12,073 bases of DNA from Acidobacteriota bacterium (lineage in GTDB: Bacteria; Acidobacteriota; UBA6911; JACQSX01), in NCBI GenBank assembly GCA_036507075.1, contig DASXQR010000194.1, forward strand, positions 1 to 12,073. Reading direction: 5' to 3'. The notes under the pieces are model-generated. The model ran no database searches. It was not told the origin of the DNA and worked only from the letters and a program-made list of their open reading frames with translations. The number at the start of each line of letters is the position of its first letter. Position 1 is the first letter of the stretch. The position numbers were made by a program, and so were the translations under genes. Below are positions 1 through 6,640 of the stretch, one piece after another.

Positions 1-411
1 ATGGCAACCTCGCCGATCTGGCGGCAGGGTTGGTGGATTGTTGTCAGCGGAATTGGTAATAAGGCGGCATACTCGACATCGTCGATTCCCACTATCCTTA
101 CATCTGCAGGATACGATACCCGAGAGCCAGCAGCGTTTGCATGAGGCGGCCTGCGGTCCGGTCGTTGGCACACACGAAAGCTTTCACATGCGCGGTTTCT
201 ACTAAACGTCGAATCTCGTCAGATTGAGTTGGGTCGAGGCGCTGTACCAGGATGGGTTCCACTGACGCGCCATAAGCAAACAAAGCCTCGCGGTAACCGG
301 CGATTCGCGCTTCCACAGTCGACGCCGAAAGCGGATAAGCGAGAAACACGATTCGTCTTGCTCCAAGCTTGAGAAGATGCTCGGTGATCAGGTAGCCGGC
401 ACGGCGATTGT
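1..411 (-). pseudogene. LacI/AraR-type transcriptional regulator, C-terminal sugar-binding domain fragment; 5'-truncated, frameshifted, runs off the left window edge
   Basis: Minus-strand translation reads NRRAGYLITEHLLKLGARRIVFL...EARIAGYREAL...AFVCANDRTAGRLMQTLLALGYRI. After a frame change at 109-110 (CC where CCC would restore the frame) it continues (P)ADVRIVGIDDVEYAALLPIPLTTIHQPCRQIGEVA, which are classic periplasmic-binding-fold LacI motifs. Similarity stops abruptly at about 411; there is no HTH domain. Confidence 0.85.
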
Positions 412-547
412 ATGGATTGCTTACGGCATCGCGGTTGGTGCGGCCCCGGTTGTGGTGGCAAACGCGCTCGTTGCAGGGATGGCTTTTCTGTCGGCGCGGC
501 GGAGGTCACCGCGAAGGCGCGAAAGCGCGAAGCAAAAAATTGCTTGA
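412..547 (+). pseudogene. 3' fragment of a small membrane protein (YgjV-like or PQ-loop/SemiSWEET-like)
   Basis: The frame from 413 reads WIAYGIAVGAAPVVVANALVAGMAFLSARRRSPRRRESAKQKIA* (TGA 545-547). The W-x-x-YG...P-V-x-x-AN helical hairpin is typical of the C-terminus of these families. The upstream sequence is antisense LacI fragment, so the native 5' part is missing. It is absent from the ORF track. Confidence 0.6.
509..532 (+). repeat. Solo copy of the 8-nt-periodic repeat family
   Basis: CC-GCGAAG-GC-GCGAAA-GC-GCGAAG has the same architecture as the copies at 1734, 4934 and 8745. Confidence 0.6.
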
Positions 548-566
548 GGCAACCACAAAAGCTTGC

Positions 567-1640
567 TCAGTACTTTTTCCCCGGCTTCATGACGTGTCCC
601 CAGCTCAGTACATGCCCAGCCGGAAAGTCATAATCTACGCCGGGGATCTGCTTCGCCTGGATCAGGGTTCCAAACTGAAAATAGACCGCATCCATGTCGG
701 AATGCCACCCGGAGTAATGTCCAAAACCCCCATCCGCGTTTCGACATCCAAGAACCCACTGAGCCGCCTTTCCGATTGCGGCGCGGCACCGCTCAGAATC
801 TCCGCCCAGTTGCCGAAGAATGAAAACAGCGTCAAAACAGGCGTGAACGTCCCAATCCGGCTGCTTGATGTTCCAACCACCATCGGCTCGTTGATCCCTT
901 AGCACCCGGTCTACCATGGCTGCAGCGCGAGGTGTGGCTTCTCCAATCAGCCGGAAAAAATGGGCCATGTGAAAAGCAGCCGCAACATGATTTCCCAGGT
1001 ATCCATCTTCGGCCTGGCTCTTTACCATGTGGTCACGAATGGCTGCCCGATATTCCGGCGGGAACGGCTCATCGAGAGCGGCATAAAAAAGCGGGAAGAA
1101 GCTGGTCGTATACCATGGAAGCTGCTGAAACGCATTCTTCGTAAAGAATCGATCCAGGACCTGGACGGCGCGATATTTCGGTTTCTCTCCCAATGCCCGC
1201 AAAGCCACGACCCCCTGCGTGGTGTTGTACAGAAGCGCCAGTTCGCCCTTGGAATCAAACTTTCCTCCATGATTTATGAAGGAGCCATCCGGCTTCTGAT
1301 GACTTTGGATGAATGCTACTGTTACTTCCTCACGAGGAAGCTTCCAGCCGGCGCTTCGCGCCAGTGTCGCGGCGTAAGTAACGGCTGCCAGATCGCTCGC
1401 GGCGGTGTCAGAATTTCCTTGATAAGCAGGATCAGGTGATGGGGCGTATCCACCATCCTCTCTCGCGCACCGGGTAATGAACTTGAAAGTTTCGTTCTTT
1501 ATTCGGGAACCGTCGATCCCCGACGATGGACTTCCAACTGTCTCACGCGCCGCAGCATGCCCGGTCGCTGGCAACAGCATCCCGGTGGTTGAAAAAACTG
1601 CATCCTTGATAAATTTTCGTCTTGGCAACCTGTTTTCCAT
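567..1640 (-). CDS. Tat-exported prenyltransferase/squalene oxidase repeat (alpha/alpha-barrel) protein
   Basis: Five (Q/R)xxDG(G/S)(W/F/Y)-type repeats: CAREDGGY, HQKPDGSF, SQAEDGYL, DQRADGGW, CRNADGGFG. The N-terminus has a twin-arginine signal PRRKFIK, a moderately hydrophobic stretch and a GHAAA cleavage-like site. ATG at 1640 is preferred over TTG at 1652. Confidence 0.85.
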   Translation of the reverse strand: MENRLPRRKFIKDAVFSTTGMLLPATGHAAARETVGSPSSGIDGSRIKNETFKFITRCAREDGGYAPSPDPAYQGNSDTAASDLAAVTYAATLARSAGWKLPREEVTVAFIQSHQKPDGSFINHGGKFDSKGELALLYNTTQGVVALRALGEKPKYRAVQVLDRFFTKNAFQQLPWYTTSFFPLFYAALDEPFPPEYRAAIRDHMVKSQAEDGYLGNHVAAAFHMAHFFRLIGEATPRAAAMVDRVLRDQRADGGWNIKQPDWDVHACFDAVFILRQLGGDSERCRAAIGKAAQWVLGCRNADGGFGHYSGWHSDMDAVYFQFGTLIQAKQIPGVDYDFPAGHVLSWGHVMKPGKKY

Positions 1641-1695
1641 ATCTATTCGCAAGAGCCGGCGGCAAAGTCGCCATCCGTGTCCGATTCTTCATATA

Positions 1696-1799
1696 CCACA
1701 AAGGCACCAAGGAGCACGAAGCAAGACTGATTGCCACGAAGACACGAAGGCACGAAGGGACATCATTTAGCCTGGGCTCTTGGCGTTCCTGGCGGTGAA
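1696..1799. repeat. Cluster of three periodic-repeat copies (two +, one -)
   Basis: CCACAAAGGCACCAAGGAGCACGAAG (1696-1721), GCCACGAAGACACGAAGGCACGAAG (1733-1757) and minus-strand CCGCCAGGAACGCCAAGAGCCCAG (1772-1795). Confidence 0.8.
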
Positions 1800-1809
1800 G
1801 TTGACGGTT

Positions 1810-1839
1810 TTGACGACAAATTGGGGTCGATACTACAGT
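1810..1839 (+). promoter_or_regulatory. Candidate sigma70 promoter
   Basis: TTGACG (1810-1815), 18-nt spacer, TACAGT (1834-1839), upstream of the + strand hypothetical gene. Motif match only. Confidence 0.35.
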
Positions 1840-2029
1840 GGCGGAGGGGGGATTCAAACGGCAAAGTGCTGTATCCCAAATACCTGCCCGAACACAAAAA
1901 TTCTTGTAGAAAACGGTTTCCATTTGGGGTATGCTACCGGCAATTCTTGATCAGCCTGAATAACCACGCGTGAGCGTGGCTCCTCCTCTATTCAAGGGCT
2001 GGTTAGCAAAGGTGCGCAGGGGCTTTGCC

Positions 2030-2299
2030 ATGACGTACAGGAAATCGATTCGTCTCTCCGAGACGCCAGTTCAACTCGTCTTTGCCTTCGCCAAGGGTGA
2101 ACGGGTTCGCTCAATTTTCAACCCCTTAATCCAGGGAACCGTGCAGGAAGGTTGGGCCGGTGACCAGATCGTTTATCTGATCGCCACTGACGGCGGAAGG
2201 CTGATGACTGTCCCCCAACACCATCTCCGCACCCAGGAGAGCGTCCCTGCGCGCAGTCGCGCCTGCCCTGCCAAGATCGCGGAACGAGCGGTCAGCTAG
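2030..2299 (+). CDS. Hypothetical protein (89 aa), possible SH3/Tudor-like beta-barrel
   Basis: ATG at 2030 follows GCAGGGG. The core FAKGERVRSIFNPLIQGTVQEG...IVYLIATDGGRLMTVPQHHLR has the F-x-x-G-x-x-V...G-x-V...Y-x-I pattern of small SH3-like barrels. The stop is followed by a terminator-like palindrome. Alternative GTG start at 1970. Confidence 0.6.
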   Translation: MTYRKSIRLSETPVQLVFAFAKGERVRSIFNPLIQGTVQEGWAGDQIVYLIATDGGRLMTVPQHHLRTQESVPARSRACPAKIAERAVS

Positions 2300-2503
2300 C
2301 CCGGGTTATTCAAAAAAACTTAACCGCGAAGAACGCCAAGACCAGCGCGGGGTGACGGCCTGGAGCTCAAAGCATGAAGGCCAATAAAAATTGCGTGTCG
2401 CTTTTTTGCGTTCACCTTCAATGCTTTGAGCTCCAGGCCGTCACCCCGCGCTATCCTGGCGTTCTTGGCGTTCTTTACGGTGAGGTTTTTGAATGATCCG
2501 GGC
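2299..2503. repeat. ~205-bp composite palindrome between convergent genes; probable bidirectional terminator
   Basis: Perfect 32-bp inverted repeat AGCGCGGGGTGACGGCCTGGAGCTCAAAGCAT (2344-2375 / 2421-2452). It lies inside imperfect outer arms (2299-2341 / 2463-2503) that contain periodic-repeat copies and A/T tracts. Confidence 0.9.
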
Positions 2504-2523
2504 AGTATCGCGGGCATGCAAAC

Positions 2524-3858
2524 CTATTTCGACACCAACTCCAGCGGGATGGCATTCGTCCTCGGACCGAAGGCCCCGATGATAATTGCCACCCCCAGCC
2601 ATGCTGCCGAGATCAGCAGAATCACGGCAAACACGCCGTGTGCCAGCATTGCGCCGATCACCAGCGATGAGAGCGCAGCGCTCAGGCGGCTCCAGCTATA
2701 TGTAAAACCCACTCCGGTCGCGCGCGCGCGCGTGGGAAACAACTCGGCCTGGTAGGTGTGAAGCACGGCGGAAAACCAGTACGAAAGCGTGGTGATCAAC
2801 GCGCCAAACAAAACCACCAACGCAGGATGTCGCACCTGGCTGAACAGGATGCCGGCAACCGCGATGGCCGAGGAGAGCAGAGTGATGGCCCACTTGCGCT
2901 CCAGCCGATCAATCGTCCAAACGGCAATCACAGGACCCAAGGGGCTCGCCAGCGCCATCAGCAGGGTGTATCCCAATGATCGAACCAGCGGAATCCCCTG
3001 CTGAACAAGGAACGTCGGCAGCCAGTTGGCATATCCGTAAATACCGATCGTCTGCAGAAAGTGGAAACCGATTAACATCGCAGTCCTTTTCAGATACGGA
3101 CCGCGCCACAATTCCAGCCAGGGTATGGTGCTGGCAGATTCGGCTGTCACTTGCAGCGGTTCGGGCAAGGGTTTGCCTGTCTCCTGCTCGATTTGGCGTT
3201 CAATTCCTGCAACCAGCCGCTCGGCTTCCGCAACACGGCCGCGGGATTCCAGCCACCGCGGCGATTCGGTCAGAGAACGCCTCAGGTACCAGGCCAACAG
3301 CGCTCCCATGGCGCCAATCACCATCACCCACCGCCAGCCCGCCAGGAGAAAATGAGTTGGCACCAGCAACCAGGAAAGCGCGGCGACAACGGGAACGGCG
3401 AGAAAGCCGGATACCTGCGTGATTGCGATAAACCTGCCGCGAACCGCGCTCGGCACCATCTCGGTCACATACGTGTCAATCACGACAAGCTCCGCGCCAA
3501 TTCCCACGCCGGCCAGAGCGCGCGAGGCGATCAGCCAGAAGGCGCTGGGAGCAAATGCGCCGGCCAGTGTAAAGACGGAATAAATCAGCAGCATGAACAC
3601 AAAGGCAGTGCGCCTTCCCAGGTAATCACTCCCCATTCCAAAAATGATCGTGCCGGCAAACATTCCCAGGAATCCCGACGAGATAAACATGCTGAGCTGA
3701 CGAAGGTCGAAAAAACCCGAGGCGTGCAGAGCGGCTCCCAGATACGCAACCATGAAAATATCGTAAAAATCAAACCAGGCGCCCAGCGAAATCAGGGTGA
3801 TGAACCGGTAATGAAATTTACTGACGGGAAGCCGTTCCAGACGGCCGGCGATGTTCAT
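2524..3858 (-). CDS. MFS transporter (aromatic acid/metabolite:H+ symporter-like)
   Basis: 444 aa with about 12 hydrophobic segments. Motifs: RLERLP N-terminus, FDFYD, motif A GMGSDYLGRR, YVTEMVPSAVRGR, ESPRWL, DRLERK, ELFPTRARATG. Confidence 0.95.
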   Translation of the reverse strand: MNIAGRLERLPVSKFHYRFITLISLGAWFDFYDIFMVAYLGAALHASGFFDLRQLSMFISSGFLGMFAGTIIFGMGSDYLGRRTAFVFMLLIYSVFTLAGAFAPSAFWLIASRALAGVGIGAELVVIDTYVTEMVPSAVRGRFIAITQVSGFLAVPVVAALSWLLVPTHFLLAGWRWVMVIGAMGALLAWYLRRSLTESPRWLESRGRVAEAERLVAGIERQIEQETGKPLPEPLQVTAESASTIPWLELWRGPYLKRTAMLIGFHFLQTIGIYGYANWLPTFLVQQGIPLVRSLGYTLLMALASPLGPVIAVWTIDRLERKWAITLLSSAIAVAGILFSQVRHPALVVLFGALITTLSYWFSAVLHTYQAELFPTRARATGVGFTYSWSRLSAALSSLVIGAMLAHGVFAVILLISAAWLGVAIIIGAFGPRTNAIPLELVSK

Positions 3859-3862
3859 TTAA

Positions 3863-4123
3863 GTTTCGGGTTTTCGGGTTTCAGGGTTTCGGGTTTCGGG
3901 TTTCAGGCTACAAGTTTCCGGTTACGGGTTTCGGGTTTCGAGTTTCGAGTTTTCGCAGTCGTGATACTTTTGAAGCCCAGAGAGTAACGCGCAGCTTTCA
4001 TTACGCTAATAATCTGAACACCCGGCGAACTCGTAAACCGGAACTCGCAACTCGGAACACGAGAACCCGTAACCCGAAAACCTGTAACCCGAAAACTCGG
4101 AACCCGAAAACCCGTAACCCGAA
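3863..4123. repeat. Two inverted arrays of degenerate 7(-8)-nt units, (GTTTCGG)n and (CCGAAAC)n
   Basis: 13 units at 3863-3956, a 67-nt unique spacer, then about 13-14 reverse-complement units at 4024-4123. The element fills nearly the whole gap between the O-methyltransferase stop (4132) and the MFS start (3858). Confidence 0.9.
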
Positions 4124-4131
4124 GAGGACAA

Positions 4132-4809
4132 TCAGCGAATTTTCACTCCCATCGCCAGTCCTTCTTCCGTGGGAATCATGGTGGCGCGGAATCGGCCGCC
4201 TCGGGCCAGGCGTTCGGAAAACTGGCGCAAGGCGCGCACCGATTCGGCATCCTCTCCGGTGTAAGAAGCGTCGGAGATGTGCCCCCAGGCAAAAGCATTG
4301 TCGGCCAGCACCACTCCGCCGATGCGAAGATGTTCTTCGCTCCATGCCAGATAGACAGAGTAATTCTTCTTGTCAGCGTCGATAAAAACCACGTCAAAAG
4401 GTCCGTCCCGATTAATGCCAGGCAGTTTTTCCACTGCATTGCCGATATGAATGCGGACGTTCTCGGTCATTCCGGCGCGCGAGAATGATTCGCGTGCTAC
4501 CTCGGCATTCTTTTTTTCCAGCTCAAATGTGTGCAGAAAACCGTCCCGCCCCATACCTCTGAGGATGCAAACGCCGCTGTAGCCGCCGAGCGTTCCGATC
4601 TCGACGGCCTTCTTGGCCATCACGGCCCGGGTCAGCACCTCCAGGTGCAGGCCGTCGAATTTTCCGACCTGGATCACGGGCAAACCCTCTCGCTCGCTGC
4701 GGGTGCGGATCTCACGAAGGATGTCGTCTTCGGGAGTATAGACCTGCTCGACCCACCTCGCGATTGCCACGCTTGCCTGACCGAAGCCTTTTTCCACCGG
4801 CGATCGCAT
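4132..4809 (-). CDS. Class I SAM-dependent O-methyltransferase (Methyltransf_3, CCoAOMT/YrrM-like)
   Basis: Motifs VEIGTLGGYSG, HTFE, PFDVVFIDADKKNY, GGVVLADN and EGL. ATG at 4809 follows a GGGAGA RBS, giving 225 aa. The longer 300-aa ORF call extends into intergenic repeats. Confidence 0.92.
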   Translation of the reverse strand: MRSPVEKGFGQASVAIARWVEQVYTPEDDILREIRTRSEREGLPVIQVGKFDGLHLEVLTRAVMAKKAVEIGTLGGYSGVCILRGMGRDGFLHTFELEKKNAEVARESFSRAGMTENVRIHIGNAVEKLPGINRDGPFDVVFIDADKKNYSVYLAWSEEHLRIGGVVLADNAFAWGHISDASYTGEDAESVRALRQFSERLARGGRFRATMIPTEEGLAMGVKIR

Positions 4810-4895
4810 TGCTGTCTCCCATCTGCGTTTTCTCGAGCTACTATGAAAACATGGGGCAACTGAAATCCCAAAAGCTTTCGTTTGAATGGTTGAAA

Positions 4896-4957
4896 CTTCG
4901 TGCCTTCGTGTCTTCGTGGCCAAAATCGGACTGCCACGAAGACACGATGACACGAAG
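4896..4957. repeat. Periodic-repeat hairpin (25-bp arms, 12-nt loop)
   Basis: CTTCGTGCCTTCGTGTCTTCGTGGC / GCCACGAAGACACGATGACACGAAG, 23 of 25 positions complementary, in the divergent O-methyltransferase/DedA intergenic region. Confidence 0.9.
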
Positions 4958-5020
4958 GGCGCGACATATCGCGACTCTGCGAGTGGCGCGAAGCGACGCC
5001 CGTTGTAAACTACTGCTGCA

Positions 5021-5611
5021 ATGCTTGAGAACATCCTGCAGTACTTTCACGCCTACGGCTACTGGATCCTCTTCTTCGGCGTGATGCTCGAAAACGCCGG
5101 GGTACCTCTTCCGGGCGAGACGCTCCTGCTTGCCGCCGGGGTCTATTCGCAGTCGGGGCACTTCCATTTCTGGGCGGTGCTGCTGGTCGCGTTTTTCGGC
5201 GCTGTTCTCGGTGACAACGGCGGATACTGGCTCGGAAAGACGCTGGGGCGCAGGTTTCTGGCAAAACACGGAGCAAAGATCCTTTTCAATCAAGAGCGGC
5301 AAAAGCTGATGCAGAGCTACTTCAAGACGTACGGGCCGCGCACGGTGCTGGTGGCGCGCTTTATTACCGGCCTGAGAGTCTTTACCGCCTTGTTCGCCGG
5401 CGCCTCAGAGATGGAGTGGAATCTGTTTTTCCGATTTAATGCGATGGGCGCGGCGCTTTGGACCGCGGTGATCGGCTCGCTGGGTTACTTCTTTGGTAAG
5501 AACTGGGATACGCTGGAGCGAGTGGTCGGATGGACCGGCGTTCTGCTTTTGATTGTCGCTGTGTTGATGGGTCTTTCCTTCGGGATGAAGAAAATCTTCT
5601 CGCCTGATTAA
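5021..5611 (+). CDS. dedA: DedA family (SNARE_assoc/VTT) membrane protein
   Basis: Motifs LENAGVPLPGETLLLAAG, GAVLGDNGGYWLGK, YGPRTVLVARFITGLR, FAGASEM, FFRFNAMGAALW. Confidence 0.95.
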   Translation: MLENILQYFHAYGYWILFFGVMLENAGVPLPGETLLLAAGVYSQSGHFHFWAVLLVAFFGAVLGDNGGYWLGKTLGRRFLAKHGAKILFNQERQKLMQSYFKTYGPRTVLVARFITGLRVFTALFAGASEMEWNLFFRFNAMGAALWTAVIGSLGYFFGKNWDTLERVVGWTGVLLLIVAVLMGLSFGMKKIFSPD

Positions 5612-5614
5612 GCA

Positions 5615-5668
5615 CTGGCTTGGCGCCTTGGTGGTTAAAAGAATGGAACCACCAAGACACCAAGCCAG
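5615..5668. terminator. Periodic-repeat hairpin between convergent dedA and BON genes (possible terminator or mRNA 3' stabiliser)
   Basis: CTGGCTTGGCGCCTTGGTGGTT / AACCACCAAGACACCAAGCCAG, 20 of 22 complementary; both mismatches are G-U pairs on the minus-strand RNA. It starts 3 nt after the dedA stop. There is no long U-tract. Confidence 0.65.
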
Positions 5669-5700
5669 GTTTACATGCCTGCCCGAGAATTCTCGGCGCG

Positions 5701-6315
5701 CTACTTTTCTACCCGCAGATTATTGGTCACTTTGAACACGCCCGGGACAGAGTTGGCCACAATGCCGGCCTGATTTTTGTCCGCCTCGGAACTGACAACG
5801 CCCACCAGCGTGAGCGTCCCATTCTTGACGATAATGTGAATCGGCGGGACGGCGCGCAGTGCATACCGGTCCAGGCCGGGGCGGCTGAAAATTGCCCGGT
5901 ATGCCGCGATCCGAATGCGGTCATCATTGGGCGAAAGCGGAAGCACTTCAATGTTGTTGATGACCTTGGAAACCTCTTCCAGCCTCTTGACTCTGTTCTC
6001 CGCATCCGATTTAAGGGTCGGACGGGTAACCTGCCCCGAGAGGATGACTGTGTCTCCGTGCACCGAATACTCGAGGTTGTCAAAGACGTCGTAGTAGGGC
6101 AGCGTCACCAATTGATGACGAACTTCCTCGCTCAATCGCGCCTCGTTGACGCTGCCGGCATGCCGCGTCCCGCTCAATTTTGGCTTGTCCTTGTCTTTGT
6201 CTTTATCCTTTCCCTTGTCCTTACCGGCCTCAGCAAGGAGGGGTCCCATTGTGAGAGCACACATCAGAGCGATGATAAACCTGCCAATTTTTGAGAAATT
6301 CAACATTTTGTTCAT
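5701..6315 (-). CDS. Secreted dual-BON-domain protein (OsmY-like)
   Basis: GGAGG RBS, signal peptide ending LAEA, KD-rich linker, and two BON domains (VHGDTVILSGQV...EVSKVINNIEV; VKNGTLTLVGVVSSEADKNQAGIVANSVPGVFKVTNNLRV). Confidence 0.93.
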   Translation of the reverse strand: MNKMLNFSKIGRFIIALMCALTMGPLLAEAGKDKGKDKDKDKDKPKLSGTRHAGSVNEARLSEEVRHQLVTLPYYDVFDNLEYSVHGDTVILSGQVTRPTLKSDAENRVKRLEEVSKVINNIEVLPLSPNDDRIRIAAYRAIFSRPGLDRYALRAVPPIHIIVKNGTLTLVGVVSSEADKNQAGIVANSVPGVFKVTNNLRVEK

Positions 6316-6521
6316 ATGAATCCTCCAAAGGTGGTCTTGTCTGTGAGGGCTCCGCGCTCGTGTTCAAAGGCCGAAGCCTTCGCCGTTATTTAAGCATGGT
6401 TTTTCATCCGGCGCGCCGCTCCCTTCCGATCGCGGGTTTGTGGGTGCCCCCGGTTCCGCGGGTGAGTAATCCGCCGTCCGGCAGAAAACTTCCAACAACC
6501 TCTCTTTTTTGAAATCTTCGA

Positions 6522-6550
6522 TTGCAGCGAGACTTGAACGTCAGTAAAGT
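6522..6550 (+). promoter_or_regulatory. Candidate sigma70 promoter for speA
   Basis: TTGCAG (6522-6527), 17-nt spacer, TAAAGT (6545-6550), preceded by a T-rich tract. Confidence 0.45.
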
Positions 6551-6640
6551 GATTCCTACAAACGAACACGGCACGCTCCCCGTGTGGGAGAATTTCAAGG
6601 GACCGCTGGTTGGCGACGGTCGGAGGAGACAAAGGTCAAT

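Noticed and set aside
377..547. Intact 56-aa membrane protein starting at ATG 377
   Set aside because: Its first 11 codons are the antisense of the LacI fragment, so the ATG is probably fortuitous; it is treated as a fragment.
1839..1859. tRNA 3'-end / att-site remnant (minus strand GTTTGAATCCCCCCTCCGCCA)
   Set aside because: It is about 3 nt too short between the T-loop and CCA, the T-loop is mutated, there is no cloverleaf upstream and no integrase nearby. Chance cannot be excluded.
3903..4001. 32-aa minus-strand ORF (MKAARYSLGFKS...) in the heptamer element, considered as a leader peptide or gene remnant
   Set aside because: No RBS, more than half of it is repeat-encoded, and it has no recognisable family similarity.
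3863..4123. CRISPR array
   Set aside because: Units are 7-8 nt and tandem with no unique spacers between them, and no cas genes are present.
4810..5034. 75-aa N-terminal extension of the O-methyltransferase in the ORF track
   Set aside because: It translates intergenic repeats (ATKTRRHE) and overlaps dedA. A good RBS precedes ATG 4809.
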